From Mobula hypostoma (lineage: Eukaryota), in the NCBI RefSeq assembly GCF_963921235.1, contig NC_086108.1:43650001-43714000 (forward strand): DNA of 64,000 nt, read 5' to 3'. Position 1 is the first letter of the stretch. Each line of letters begins with the position of its first letter. The notes under the pieces are model-generated. The model worked only from the letters and a program-made list of their open reading frames with translations. It searched no databases and had not been told where the DNA came from. The position numbers were made by a program, and so were the translations under genes. Shown here piece by piece: positions 10,458-25,020 of the stretch.

Positions 10458-11506
10458 GAGAACTGGGACATCATATTACAACCGGGTTAGGCTATATTTG
10501 AATTATATAGTCCTGATATAGAAAGGATGTGATTGCTGGAGTGGGTGCAGAGGATACAAATCATCATTACAGTCTTAAGGAGAGATGGAATGGGAGTTGG
10601 CGGAGATGGCTCCCTTAGAACCTCAGTATAACAAGGGGAATTAATATTTATCTTGGTTTATGATCAGTCCAGGTTGCTGCCTCTGATCGTAACCATATAT
10701 ATTTCTCAAAGGTTTGCTGAATTACTGCTGCTGCCTTACTGTAAATACCTGTACAGGCAAATCTGACCTCCCTTGTACTGTTTGCTCACCTGCTACAACT
10801 CCACCTCATAGTATCTACTTGTCTAGGTAGATTTCTGATCTCCACTGTGTAGTTCACACTCATTCTCTAATACCACTGACCTTGGTGTCCTAATCAGGCA
10901 CTGGCTTCTTGTGTTGATGTTGCAAGATGAGCAAATTTATTAATGATCTTAATTCTTCGACAAACCCCTGCTCAGCAACAACCGATGTCCAGCTCGCGAT
11001 TCAAAGTCATGCAATTTTCTACTTCACTCACTGAATTTAAGCAAATAATAAATGTATATGTAGTGAAGTGAAGGATGTTGTGTCTCTACTCATTGTGCTC
11101 TAATCACTGACCTCAATTTTTAGAATCATACAGCAGAGATACAGGCCCTTTCAACTCACCCCAGCCATGTTGGCCATGATGTCTACACTAATCCCATTTG
11201 TCTGCATTAGCTTTATATCCCTTTACCTTTTTTCTTCCAAACACCTGTTCAAATGCCTTTTTTTAACATTGTAATATTGCAGCAGCCTGTTCTGTGTGGA
11301 AAAACTTACCCTCAGATCCCCTTTAAACTTCTCCCCTCTCACCTTAAAATTCTGCCCTCTAGATCTCTACTCTCTTGCCCTGGGATAAGGACTATCTACT
11401 CTGTCTATGCCTCTCATAATGTTCTAAATCAGAATCAGATTTAATACCACCTGCATATGTCATGAAATTTGTTTACTGCAGCAGAACAACGAAATACATG
11501 ATAAAT

Positions 11507-12140
11507 TCGGCAGGAGGAGAGAGAGCAGCGCGCCGCACGTGCGCAGCCCTCCGGTGAAAAATGATATTGTATCCGTTAAATAGGGGCCATGGACAATTCT
11601 TATTTTGATGGAGGTGGACGTGAAAGCACAGAGGAACATCTGGAAAAATTTCTGAAACGCTCGTTTGCTGCTGTCGTTACTGCGCGGTCGGGAATCTTCC
11701 GGAGGGAAGGCCTCAAAATCCCTAGCTTTGCCTGCTGTTTGGCGACCAAGATTGAGGTCGAATCGTTCGGACAGAGATGGCGCTCAGTACTCGGTGTCGG
11801 AGAGCTGATTCGGAGGCTCGAAGTTTTAGGATGACTCAGATGGATTGTGGTCGGGCATGGCAGGGAGAGTTTTTCTTCCTTCTCCCGTCTGCGTGAGATA
11901 TGGGACATTTGAGAGACTTTGAACTTTTTACTGTGCTCATGAACTTCTTCATCAAGTTATGGTATTGTTGCACTGTTGTAACTATATGTTATAATAATGT
12001 GGTTTTGTCAGTTTTTTCAATCTTGGTCTGTCCTGTGTTTTGTGATATCACACTGGAGGAAATATTGTATCATTTCTTAATGCATGCATTACTAAATGAC
12101 AATAAAAGAGGACTGCCTGGCTTCATAATCTAAAAAAAAG
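11507..12140 (+). mobile_element. Unclassified non-coding retroelement-like insertion (CpG-rich head, AATAAA, A-tail)
   Basis: CpG-rich 5' part, AATAAA near 12101, A-run near 12132; splits a minus-strand LINE tail (11430-11505 / 12140-12580). Confidence 0.5.
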
Positions 12141-14406
12141 AGAAAAAACTGAGTTACATTAAGTATATACATGTCTATTAAATTGTTAAGTTAAAACAAA
12201 AGTAGTGAAGGATGAAGTAGTGTTCATGACTTCATTGTCCATTTAGGAATCGGATGTCAGAGGGGAATTGCTGAGTGTGTGCCTTCAGGCTTCTGTACTT
12301 CCTGCCCAATGGTAGCAACATGAAGTGGGCATGTTCTGGGTGGTGGGGCTCCTTAATGATGAATACCGCCTTGCTAAGAAGATGTATTGGATACTACTTA
12401 GACTGGTACCCACAATAAATCTGACTAATTTAACAAGCTTCTGCAACTTATTTCTATCTTGTGCAGTTGCCCCGGCCCCCATACCAGGCGGTGATGCAAC
12501 CAGTCAGAATGCTCTCCACGGTACATTTGTAGAAGTTTAAATGTTTTATTTGACAAACCAAATCTCCTCAAGCTCCTAAGGTCACTCTCAGCCTCCTAGG
12601 CTTCAACGGGAATAAATCCAGCCTATCCTATCTCTCCTTGTAATCACAGGTCTTCATTCTAGACAACATCCTAGTGAAGCACTTCTGCACTTTAAAGCTA
12701 CTTTTAATTACTGTCATGTTGTAACCATAAATGTACACAATACTCCCAATGCAATCTAACCAATGCTTTCTACAGCTGTAACATAGCATTGCAGCTCCTA
12801 TATTCAGTACGTCAGACTATGAAGGCAAACATACCAAATACCCTTTTCACCACCCTACCTGTGTCACTACTTTCAATCAGCTACTGACGTACACTCAAGA
12901 TGCCTTTGTATGTCAATGCTCAAAAGGTGCCTTCCATTTACTCTACATGTCTAATGAGAATTTCACTTCCTAATTTGCATTTCCTCACACTTATTTTGAT
13001 TAAATCCAATTTTAATTTATGTCTTGTTGTAACATTGGAACCACCTTTTTTGCTATCTACAATGTTCTGTGTTGCCTGAAAACTTACTAATCAGACCACA
13101 GTGTGCTGATTGGGCATTGGTCGCACGTTCATGTTGAAAGATGAAAAAGTAATTTATAACAATAAAAATGTCCCACAGTACACACCATTTGATACAGATT
13201 TCCAGTCAGAAAAAGAACCCATTCATCATTGCCCTTTGCCTTCCATCACCAAGCAAGCCAATTTTGGATCCAATGCTTGCTTTCATTGGCTGAGACTTCA
13301 GTATCTTTATCAGCCACAGCAGAGGAACTAGAAAACTGGAAGATAGCTAATGTTAACCAAATTCAGAAAGGTCCACGTGGAAAAGCCTGAAAACTACAGC
13401 TGCATTATGCCATCATTTTCTGAACCAACCTACAATTTTTGTCTGTCCCAAAAGCTTTACAGAAATTCAGGGAAACAGTGTCTACTGCACCACTTTTATT
13501 AATTATTCCAGTCATTTCCTAAAAAGATGATCAAATTTTAGATATGATCTCTCCCACACTATTGTGTCCAGGCTTAACCCTGCAACCCTTTCTTAGTAAG
13601 GCAACAATAGCAATCCTCCAGTCTTTTGGTTTCCCACCCACAGCTACCAAGAACCTCGTTATCTTCTCCCTTATTTCCATTAGTATCCTGGGACAGATTT
13701 AGTCAGGGTAGGGCATTTATCCACTCCAATATTTTCAACACTTACTGCTTCCAGACTCAGGCAACTGAATGATAAGTATTTTTCGACGTACATTCAGATC
13801 TGAGACCAGATTTTCTTATATATCATCTGCCTACACTGAGAATACCTGCGGTGATATTTCTTATCCTACTGAATTACTGACCTCATGAGCATTGTAACTC
13901 CATCCTCGGCTACTTCATCGTGCTCCCCAATATGAAAACTGAAAATGCTGGAAATACTCAGCCTGTCAGGCATCAACTATAGAGAAGTAATTAATGCTGA
14001 ATCTTTCTAGCAGTTTGTATTTCAGATTCCCAATATCTGCAGCTTTTTTAAAAATTCTCAGAGTTTGATAAATCATCATGTCACGACACTGACTTGTACC
14101 ATAAGCATCCAGCTGAATCTGTTTTCAGTACAGTAATTGTTAGCCCCTACTTCCCTAGTGCAGGTCACCCACCCTGAATCTGGCAATCGGTCATTCCGTT
14201 CCACTAACAGTTTGGTCATAGTTTTCGCCAGCCTAATTTCCATTTTCCTGTGTTGCCACGCCAATCCGTCATCACTGTTTTGGCCGTGCTATTAGCTGTT
14301 GGCACGGTCTTCAAAAGCAGCAAATTGTTCCTCTGTGTTATTTAACATTTATTTTTATAATCTGACCTCATCTAGCCCAAGTCATGTTTTCATTGAATAA
14401 AGGAAG

Positions 14407-14548
14407 TGCGTCAGGACAAAGGGTCTCGGCCTGAAACGTCGACTGCGCCTCTTCCTACAGATGCTGCTTGGCCTGCTGCGTTCACCAGCAACTTTGATGT
14501 ATGTTGCTTGAATTCCCAGCATCTGCAGAATTCCTGTTGTTTGCGTTT
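14407..14548 (+). mobile_element. Short Penelope-type hammerhead-derived element (degenerate core)
   Basis: AAGGGTCTCGGCCTGAAACGTCGACTG..GATGCTG..CAGCATCTGCAGAATTCCTGTTG, nearly identical to copies at 39182, 39521 and 40688. Confidence 0.8.
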
Positions 14549-14629
14549 AAATAAGAAAAGTTGCTCTTTTTCTTTACCGACAGCGAATCAAAAGCACCAG
14601 GCATGCATAAGGAAAACAATGAAAGGCAG

Positions 14630-14956
14630 GAGATGTTCACGACGAGATAAGGTTCTCATAAAGTGGTTTAAGTACGCATCAGCAAAGGTGTAGAACTGTC
14701 AGGAGAGATGGTGAAGGAACAAGCAAAATTATTTCATGAAGAATTAGGACCGGATTACAAATGTGATTACAGTGAAGGGTGGCTTCAGCATTTCAAGCAG
14801 TGTCATGGCATAAAATTTCCTGCATTGTGTGGTGAAAAACTGGCAGTAGACAAGAAAGCAGCTGCTGGGTTTGTTGATGTGTTCGACAAGTTAGTTTCTG
14901 ATGAAAATTTAACTTCCGAGCAGGTCAACAGTGTGGATGAAATTGCCTTATATTAA
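14630..14956 (+). mobile_element. Tigger/pogo (CENP-B/Jerky-like) transposase fragment
   Basis: LIKWFK..VKEQAKLFHEEL..YSEGWLQHFKQCHGI..GEK..EQVNSVDEIALY: HTH and start of DDE_1 domain. Confidence 0.75.
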
Positions 14957-16599
14957 CCATCTGTGATTCAACAAAATCACTAATCTGGCACTGCACAGGT
15001 CCCAGTTGTTCCAGGTTTGTGGTGGTCAACCTGTACTCAAATACTTTAGACACATCACTGAGCTCCCCAGAGATATCACCACAAGATATGGCCCGGCTTT
15101 GCAGACTGATCCTAGGGTTTTTCAGTTCGCTGTACGGACCGGATGGCAGCATCCAGAAAAGGAAGAAGTGATGATGTTTGTTTCATAATAAACTCATCAT
15201 ACTACTTGAATGTAATGGACGTGTCTCATTTCTGATCCCCTACCTAGAAAATCTGTTAGTGAAGTGCCAAATGTTCTATCTACTGAGTTAGTTTTCTGCC
15301 AACATCCTGGCTGAATTCTACGTCCTGTCTCAGGCAGATGTCAATAAGGAAATGAGCACCATGATCAACAACCATGAAATCGGCATAGCCCAGTGCCTTC
15401 ATCATCATCACTAGGGACTTAAAATGGACAGGCTTTAAGAAACGTCTGCCTAATAAGAAGCAATGTGTCATCTTCAACACGAGAGGACCGATCACACTCA
15501 GTCACTGCTAGACCACCATCAGGAATATTTTCTGCTCTGTCCCTCTTCTGCACTTTGGTACATTCAATCACCCAGCTTTGCTTCTTCCTGTGTACAGGCA
15601 GAGAGAAAAGAACACAGCTCCAATGGAGTGTACAGTGAAAGGCTGGTCAAGGGAGGCAGAAGTGTGAATATAGGATTGCTTTGAATTAGTGGACAGGGCC
15701 ATGTTCAAAATGGACGTAAATGAATATGCCACATTTGTCACTGATTACATAAGCAGCTGTGCGAACAAGTGTGTACCCTCAAAGACATCGAGTCTTAACC
15801 CAATCAGAACCCCTGGGTGAACCAGGAGACTCATAATTTGTTCAAAGGCAGTTATGTGCTGTTTAGGACAGGCAATCTAATGTTTAGGACATCCAATTCA
15901 GGATTATACAATGTCCTGGTACAATCTCTGGAAAGCCATTGTGAGCGTGAAAAGACAACCCAGACTAAACTGGAGACGCAGATAGACACTCAATACTTCT
16001 GGCTTGGGTGCCATCACATCTTACAAATGAAAATGAATGGCATTAGTGTCAATGACACATCACTTCTAGATGAGCTCAATACATGTACAAATGGAGAATA
16101 ACAACACTCCTACACAAGCATGTTTCTCTATAATATTCGCATCAGACAAACACAAACCACAACTAGCAACACACGTGAACGATGATAGGCAGTCAAAACA
16201 ACTGACAGGCACAATGGCAAAGGTAAATGCTTTGACTAGATGGCGTTTGTGTTCAGTGGGCCAGCAGTTCATTAACAATGAGCTACCAACTTACGTTCTG
16301 TTTATTGTTAGCATTTGTAACAGTGTTGTGACTTGAAACACTAACATGGAAATACGTTGAAGCTCTAAAATGTTTCAAAGTAAAGGATATGGTACATTTC
16401 TAATTAGAAAATTTATGCATATATTCATTAATACATAATTAGTTATAGAATGAATGAAACAAATTTCAACATTCTATTAGTATAATTTTAAAATTACTTT
16501 AACATTATATAAAATTCCATCGGCACAGCAACAAGAGGTATGAGCATGAGAGCATTATCAGTTACTGCGTGGCCATGCATCCTAGAGCGAACAGTGGTT

Positions 16600-17010
16600 C
16601 AGACCAAACACGTGGAAGAAATGTGATCTAAGTGACTTTGACTGTGGAATGGTCGTTAGTGTCAGACTGGATGGCTTGAGTATCTCAGAAACAGTTAATG
16701 TCCTGAGATTTTCATGCACAACAGTCTCTAGAGTTTACAGAGAATGGTGTGAAAAACAAAAATTATTAAGTGAGCAGTAGTTCTGTGGGCGAAAATGACT
16801 TGTTAATCAGAGAGGTCAGAAGAATGGCCAGACTGGTTCAAGATGACAGGAAGGCAAAAGTAACTCAAATAATCATGTGTTACAACAGTGGTGTAGAGTA
16901 GAGCATCTCTGAATGCATAATATGTCAAACCTTGAAAAAGATGGGCTACAGCAGAAGACTATGAACACTTCATCCACTTCATCCAGCACAGAAGGTCCTA
17001 ATAAAGTGTA
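16600..17010 (+). mobile_element. Tc1-like transposon remnant (N-terminal HTH region)
   Basis: Degenerate DLSDFD.GMVV..GLSISET..L.FS.TTVSRVYREWCEK coding, typical of fish Tc1 elements. Confidence 0.6.
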
Positions 17011-17681
17011 GATGCATTAAAGATGTTTCAGCGCCTCTACTTTCATTGAAGTTTAAAATTTGACGTCACCAAATGCTCTAATGAACTTTTACAGATGCAC
17101 CATTACAAAGTACAAACTGGTTGCATAATGGCCTGGAACAACAATTCCAAAACAGATGACTGCAAGAGGTTGCAGATGCCAACAGACACAGCCAAGTCCA
17201 TCATGGTTCAACAACTGAATGGTTGAAGGGAGATAGCTGTTCTTCATCCTGAAGGTGTGGGACTTCAGGCTTCTGTACCTCCTGCCCAATTATGGCCCAG
17301 ATATTGGGATCTTTGATGCCAGATGTTGCCTTATTGAGGCAGTGCCTCCTTTAGATACTAGTGGTAGGGTGGGATGTGCCCATGATGTACTGGGAAAAGC
17401 CCATTATTCTCTACAGCTTCTTACATTCCTGTACATACAAGTGGATAATGGTGAATCAATTATTTCTACAAGGGCTTCTGCAAGTTCTTCTCTACCCTCC
17501 AACAAACTCTAAGGATGCATTGAGTCAGGCCCAGTTATTTTTCCAACCTAATTTTCTCCAAAACATTCCAATTTCTTTCCCTTATCCCTTTAGCAAGCAT
17601 GAATTTCTCTTTAAAAAACTGAGCACCGTTGATCTCTAAGGGGACCTAGTTTCTCCCTAACCACCCCTTTACTCTTAGATA

Positions 17682-19502
17682 CAGTTGCAGGAAAAGGTTA
17701 GTGAACTATTTGCAACTATCTAGTTTTCTATATTAATTACTCAGAAAATCATTGTTCCCTCAATGATTGCAAGCTGTCCAGGCCCTGAGGCAGCAAAGCA
17801 GCCCCAAAGCATGATCCTCCTTCCACCATGCTTCACAATTGGGATGAGGTTTTGATGTTGGTGTGTAGTGCCCTTTTCCTCCAAAAGTTTCTTCTAAAAA
17901 GTTCAGCTTTTGCCTTTTCTGTCCACAGAACACTGTCCCAGAAGCATTGTGGAACATCCAGGCGGTCTTTTGCAAACCTGAAACGTGAAACAACGATTTT
18001 TTTGTTTCCTCCGGCGTATCCTTCCACGAACACCATTCTTGTTCAGTGCTTTTCTTACAGTGGACACATGAACAGAGACTTCAGCAAGTTCTAGAGATTT
18101 CTGCAGGTCCTTTGCTGTTACCCTTGGGTTCTTTTTCACCTCCTTCAGCATCTGCGCAAACAGCTTAACTTCCACCTTCGATTCTATTTCTTTTTCAGGG
18201 TGGGCGGGGTTCTGTTGAAGACCCTGACCTGGAGTTCAGTTCACACTCAAACTTCAGTTCTTTGCCGTGGTGGGACCCGGGGCTGGGGGCTCACAACTGG
18301 CCACTTTTTGAAATCCCAAGGATGCAGCCCAGAAGACGAACACAGTTTCGGGGTTCCGAGGTTTCGTGTCCCTGTGGATGGGCTGATTCTATACCAGTGC
18401 CGCCAACTGAAGTGTGTTGCGGGAGAAAATAGAACATCAGGAATAGCGGATTAGCTGTTGGAGGCTCTATATTTGTGAATATCTCTCTCTCTCTCTCTCG
18501 GAGGAGAGTTTGTTGCCGATTCTCGGAATAAAAAAGCGATGCAACAGACTTTATCATTGCAAATCAGCGAGTTGTTTTGTTATGTCTCCCTCCTCACTGT
18601 GAAAGTGGAAACTTCTTTTTCCCTTTATTAGGAAGAGAGGGAGCCTGTGCTATATTGAATTTTCAGGTGAACAATTAGTTTTTGTTGTACTGCAGATTAT
18701 GGCCTTTATTGGAGGCTTTGCTATTGTGTACTTGGGGGTGGAGAGTGCTGATGCTTTTTTTTGCGCAGGTGGGTGGGGTGGTGGAGGATTGTTGCTTTGC
18801 TGCTGGTTGTGCATGGCAGGGAGTGAGTAGGGGGTTTTGGGGGTTCTATCATTCTTACTTGTCACATATCCTTTGGGGGACTCTTCTGTTTTCGTGATGC
18901 CTGTGAAGAACGAGAATTTCAGGATGTATATTGCATTCATTTCTCTGATATTAAATGGAACTATTGAATTACTGATCTTTGCAGAATGCCCACTCCTCCA
19001 TTTGTAGACAATTTCTCTTACTGTAGACCAATGAACACTCAGGTCTTTAGAAATGTTTTTGTAGCCTTTTCCAGCTTCATACATCTCTACAATTTTTCTT
19101 CTAAAGTCCACTGAAAGTTGTTTTGATCAAGGTGTGGTGCACATAAATAGATCTTTCTTGAGAAGAGTAGGCTTTAACAATTACCTGACTATGCGTGTCT
19201 TTTTTTTAAATAGGGCAGGGCACTTCTACAACCCACACTTCCAATCTCATCTCATTGATAGGAACACCTGACTCCAAATAGCTTTTGTAGAAGGCATTAC
19301 CCCAGAGGTTCACACACTTTTTTGAACCTAGACTGTGGTTATTTAAATGGTGTACTCAGTACTGATGAGGAGTTTGTACGTTATTAGTTTAGGCAGATTG
19401 TGTTTGTCTATTATTGTGATGAAGATCAGACCACATTTCAAGAGGAATTAAAGAAGAAAACCAGGTAATTGTAAACGGTTCACAAACTTTTTCTTGCAAC
19501 TG
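17682..19502 (-). mobile_element. Tc1/mariner DNA transposon, defective, carrying an ~0.8-kb insertion
   Basis: TA|CAGTTGCA..TGCAACTG|TA termini; transposase fragments RRKIVEMYEAGKGYKNISK, EVKKNPRVTAKDLQ, FWDSVLWTEK; same family as 51672-53305. Confidence 0.85.
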
Positions 19503-19942
19503 TATATTAGTAGAACCACTTGGGATGTTCCCCTAATCTTACCTGCTAGATCATCTCATACCTTCCTGATTACCCTCTTAAGAAGTCTTAATCTTTGTAT
19601 AGTCACAGAAAAATTCAGTCGTCCTAGACTTCCTAAACCCAATAAATGCTTTCTTCTTTTTCTTAAGCAGAGCCTCAATATCCCTTGCCAGCTAAGTTTC
19701 CCTAAACTTGCCAGGTTTACCTCTCACCCCAAGAAAACTATGCTGCTCTTGGACTCTCGATATCAGACTCTTAAAAAGCTTCCTAATTGCCATTCCTTCC
19801 TTTCCCTTCAAATAGGCTCACACAGTCAACCCTTGTTTGATCTTTCCCTAATTCTCCCAAAATCAGCCCTGCTCCAGTCTACTTATCCTTGTCCCGTCTT
19901 TTTCCATCACATCTTAAAACTACTAGAATGATGTAAAACTTA

Positions 19943-20175
19943 CGGATGGCACAGTAACATTAACGGTTAGTGTAACACAATTACAGCACCAGCAACCCGG
20001 ATTCAATCCCACAGCCATCTGTACGGAGTTTGCACATTCTCCTTGTGACCATGTGGCTTTCCTCCAGACAATTGAGTTTCCTCTCACAGTCCACAGACGT
20101 ACAGGTTAATCACGTGGGTGTAATTGGGTTCGCTGGGCCAGAAAGACCTGTCGCTGCACTGTATCTATAATTAGC
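19943..20175 (+). mobile_element. V-domain / HE1-like SINE
   Basis: tRNA-like head (GGTTAG..GGATTCAATCCC) followed by V-domain-like GGAGTTTGCACATTCTCC..TGTGGCTTTCCTCC..TTTCCTCTCACAGTCCA. Confidence 0.65.
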
Positions 20176-23100
20176 TAAATGAAATGGTCACTCGAGCCAA
20201 AGTGCTCTCTGACTGCCATTGCTCTGTTCCCCAAGAGGAGGTTCAGTATTGCACCCTCCTGAACAGGGCCCTCTATATACTGGCTCAGGAATCTTTTCCT
20301 CGACACATTTCACAAATTCCATTTCATCCATGCTCTTACCACTCTGGGGAGATTAAAATCTCCAGTTAAAACAACCTTATTATTCTTACAACTAGGAGCA
20401 AATTCACTGCAAACTTGTTCCTCAAGTTTCCTCTATTATATAACACAGCCCCACTATAGAGTGACCCTCCCCTTCTTGATTCTAAGCTCTAGCTAAATGA
20501 CAATCCCCAAATAATGTCACCTCTAAGGTCTGCTGTTATGTTCTGCATTTTCACAAAGGCTGTACCCTCTCCTCGCTTACCTGGTGCCTTTGTCAAGTCC
20601 ACAGTATCTGTATCCTGGAAAACACTAAGCTGTCAGTCCTGCTCTTCTCTCAGCCATGCTTCTGTTATGGCTGTAACATCCTAGTCCTCAGAGACAATCC
20701 ATGCTCTGAGTTCGTCCACCTTCCACATTAAATCAAATGCAATTTAATTAAGTATTCTATTCCCTCCCTCAGTTATGGCCCTGGCTTGTTCTCGCTCACT
20801 GCTGTTTTATCCCTGACTTTCTCCAGCTCAGAACCACCCGCCTCCCGTCAATGTAGTAGCACTAGAAACTTTGATTAGCAGGAATTATGGCAGATGAACA
20901 AAGTTCGGTCGACTGAGGAAAATTAGAAAGGTGAGTAGTCACAGGAGCAGAATTACATAATTTAGGAACACAGCAGATGAATATATGGGCAGTGATAATG
21001 GAGTGATTACACTGAGGAACAATCACAAGGCCAGGTCTGGAAGAGCACTCATATCAGAAAGGATTATGGGGGAGGAGGACATTAGAGACAAAGGAGTAGT
21101 AAAAAAAATAGAGCTCTAAAAGCCACTTGAAATCACTGCACATCCCCATGGTGAGCCAACACAAGCAAGCAGATGAATGCACAATAATAGTCAACCAAGA
21201 TTAAATACATTAACCCATGGATGAAAGTGAAACACAAGTGTCCAAAGACTGGAATAAAGCAGCAACAGTTTCAATCTATCTCCTGTAACTACCAAAAGAA
21301 ATTCTTTAATTTTCCTATGCCAGGACCCAAAAACAATGGCTCAGCATCTTCTCATGACCCAGCCAATGCAAAACTATATAAGGTTTGGCAATTCTGTTGT
21401 TGGAAAGATGGGAAAACACTAGACTATGAAAATTTTAAAAAAGCGAATGTTAGGACTGAAGAATCTTTGGTATCTGGATCACAGTATTTGGAGTCTTGCA
21501 CACTGATACATGCACATACACACATAATTTCCCGATCTTTCTTCTCAGTTACTCTTCTACTCTTTCCTGGATTTTCTACGCCCTTCCCTGACTTCCCCAC
21601 CTCAGCTGCACTTAATTCTAGGACCCCCCGTCAAACCATAGCCCACTGAAAGTGTACTCTTTAAAATATGTGTGTTTTGCCATTCTCATTTCCCCAAATC
21701 TTTGCTTCTCAGTAAACCTTATTTCTCTGACCTTGCCCTAAGAATTAGTCTCTTTTCCCTTAGCTGCTGTCTCTCACAGTAAACCCTTTCCCTGATAATC
21801 TCCATTGCATTGTATCTCCCTCTCCCCCTCCACAAGTTAGTGCTTCTTTCCCTCATGTGCTCTCTCTTGCCACGACCCTAACAGTGATCATCTCAGACCC
21901 CAGATGTCGGCAATCCCGCTGGTAGTACCCCACTGTAGCTTACCCTGCCCCCACAGATCCCACAGGAGGTATACTGCCCAAGGCCTGATGCCCACCCAAT
22001 CAGGACATGTTAGAATCTCCAGCTACCCATCCAATGCCATTGTGTATCAACACGGCAGGGCCACCCAGTATGCCTTGAGCAACTGGTGACAGCGACAAGT
22101 AAGCTGGCCACAGTGACACCTGAAGGATGAACCCACCAGCCTGAGAGCCAAAAAAATGCCTAGGATATACTATGAAAGTGATTGCAATCCATTTTCAGTC
22201 ACTACCCACGGTTAACAAAATACACATCTGTTTATTAACCTCTCTATTTTACTAAACAAACCATTCCACCCTCACCAACAGTATTCTGTAAGAGTCGCTG
22301 ATAACCAGAAATTTAACTGAACTAGACACATAAATATGGTATCCCTGTCATAAAGTCAGGGACTGGATATTCCAAAATGATTCGTTTCTTGATTCCCCCA
22401 AAGCTTTTGCACCTTCAGCAGGATAGAAATCATAAATACTGTAGATCATTTGCACTTGACTGGATAAGCTTAGCTCAGCAAGATGTGCTATCTAAGGGCA
22501 AGAGCACTTTATTGTCACCTACATCCAGCATCATAAATCTTTACTTCTTCCATCAGTTAACCCTCAGGAACGGCACCTTTAAGCAGAAAAAAGTACTCTG
22601 CCCATGGCCAGAAGAGAGGAAAGGGGGGGTAGACTCCAAGCCAAATTGAAGTGCTGAGGAATGAGACACCCCTCTCATTCATCTTGTTAGCAAATGTACA
22701 GTCACAGGAGAACAAGACTGAAGACCTATGGGCAAGCTTGCTGTATCTGAAGGAAATGAGGAATTGCTGTATTCTGTGTTTTATGGAAACATGGCTCACT
22801 CTGAACACACTGGGGATTCAGCGATACACAAAATGGACCGGACTGCTGATTTGCTGATTTGGAGAAGGCAAAAGGTGGGGGTTGTGTGACATGATAAACT
22901 CTTTGTGGACCGGTCTTGTCACACTCTTGGTTCCCCAATCTGGAACATCTAACAATTAAGCACTGACCGTTCTATTTACCAAGAGAGTTCTCCTCTGTGA
23001 CCCTGACTGCAGTTCACCTACTGCCAAAAGCCAACATTAATCAGGCATTCAAGATATTGAATGCTGTCATCACCAAACAAACAGCCCACCCGACACATTT

Positions 23101-24151
23101 CAAATCATAGTCAGGGCTTCTGTCAGGTTGTTTGAAGAAATCTCCACTCAATTATCATCAGCATATAACCTGTAGCACCAAGGGCCCCAACACATGAGAT
23201 CACTGCTATACTATGATAAGGAATGCCTACTATTCCATGCCCAAACTATATTTTGGGAAATCTGACCACTTGGCTGTTCTTCCCTTACCAGCATACAGGC
23301 AGAGGCTAAAGAGCAAGGCTCCAGAGATAAGGACAACAAAGAGGTGGTTGCAGGAGGCAGAGGAGCCAATACAGGATTGTTTTGAGTCAGTGGACTGGGC
23401 CATGTTCAAAGACTCATCAGAGGATCTGAGTGAATACACCACAGACATTATAAAAGCAGTCATGTAGACAAATGTCTCCCCACAAAATAAGAAGTATTCA
23501 GGTCTGGAAACCAAGTAAGATACAGGACCATAAGATATAGTAGCATAATTAGGCCATTTGACCCATCAAGTATGTTCCACCATTTCATCATGACTGATCC
23601 ATTTTCCCTCTCAGTCCCAACCTCCTGCCTTCACGCCGCATCCCCTCATGCCCTGACTAATCAAGAATCTATTAACCTCTGCCTTAAATATAACTAGAGG
23701 CTTGGCCTCCACAGCTGCACGTGGCAATGAATTCCACAGATTCACCACTCTCTGGCTAAATAAATCCCTCATCTCTGTTTTGAAAGGACACCAGTCTATT
23801 CTAAGGCTGTGTTCCCTTGTCTTAGACTCGATCACCATAGGAAACATCTTTTCCATGTCCTCTATCAAAGCCTTTCAACATTCAATAGGTTTCAATTAGA
23901 TAACCCCTCCGTCTTCTAAATTCTAGTGAATACAGGCCCAGAGCCATCAAACTCTCTTAATATAACAAGCTTTTCAATTCTGAAATCATTTTCATGAACT
24001 ACCTTTGAACCCACTCCAATGTTAACACATCCTTTCTTATATTAGGGGCCAAAAACTGCTCACAATACACTGAGTGAAGCCTCACCAGTGCTTTATAAAG
24101 TCTCAACATTACATCCTTGCTTTTATATTGCAGTCCTCTTGAAATTAATGC

Positions 24152-24852
24152 TGTAACATACCAGCAGCAAGATATGACAAATTGAGTCGGGTTTTAATAT
24201 TAAAACCACTATATTTATTTACATCTATTCAAAACTATAAAAAATTAAATAAACGACTTTCTTAAACAGAAGTTAACAGTGTTATGTGTCTATATAGCTC
24301 CCTTACAGTCAAACTTAGAACTCGCTCTTAACAAATCTTACTCAAGCACAACCTTAAAGTGGCAGTTCAGAGAGTCCCAGTAATTCACGAATTAGGTGAG
24401 AGGAGAGACTTGTGAATTCACAATGCAGCGACAAGGCGATCACGATGAATTCCAAAGATTCCACAGCTAGCCAACAAAGAAATGGTTACCAAAGATCCCA
24501 ACCAAGGAATACTGTTCCGAAGTCCACGAAGAGCAATTTCACAAAGTGATTGTCATGAAATCCACACCCATGGATCAATACGAAGGACAGGCACGTCTCC
24601 ACAATGCACAGTGTGCCGCTGATTAACCCAATCCTTTGGGTATGGGTAAGTATTAGACTTCACCCTTCTCAATCGTGAGCTGTTCCCGGAGAGCTTGAAG
24701 TGCAGCCTTCACACTCTCTCTCTCTCTTTCTTTCGACTCCTTCTCAGCACTATGCCCACATTGCTTTTATACCGTCGACATACATCATAAGATAATGCTC
24801 ACAGAAACGAAACTATGGACTCCCAGGAAAACAAAACTGTGGACACTTAACA
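24152..24852 (-). repeat. 3' LTR of the second Gmr1-like element
   Basis: Aligns along its length with 29056-29738; TG..CA ends; abuts the PPT (plus strand CTTCTCCCCAAGAG). Confidence 0.9.
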
Positions 24853-25020
24853 CTTCTCCCCAAGAGAAAATTTTGATCTGTAAGAGCAAAATTTTAACTA
24901 CAATCTACAATATGTGGAGCAATACATATATGGTTATCATACAGCACAATACAAACTAATACAACAGGGAGGATATACAAATATTAAATTCCACTCCATT
25001 ATTAAAATTACATTGCAAGT

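Noticed and set aside
21221..21649. 142-aa ORF in apparently unique sequence
   Set aside because: No recognisable motif or convincing exon structure; length compatible with chance
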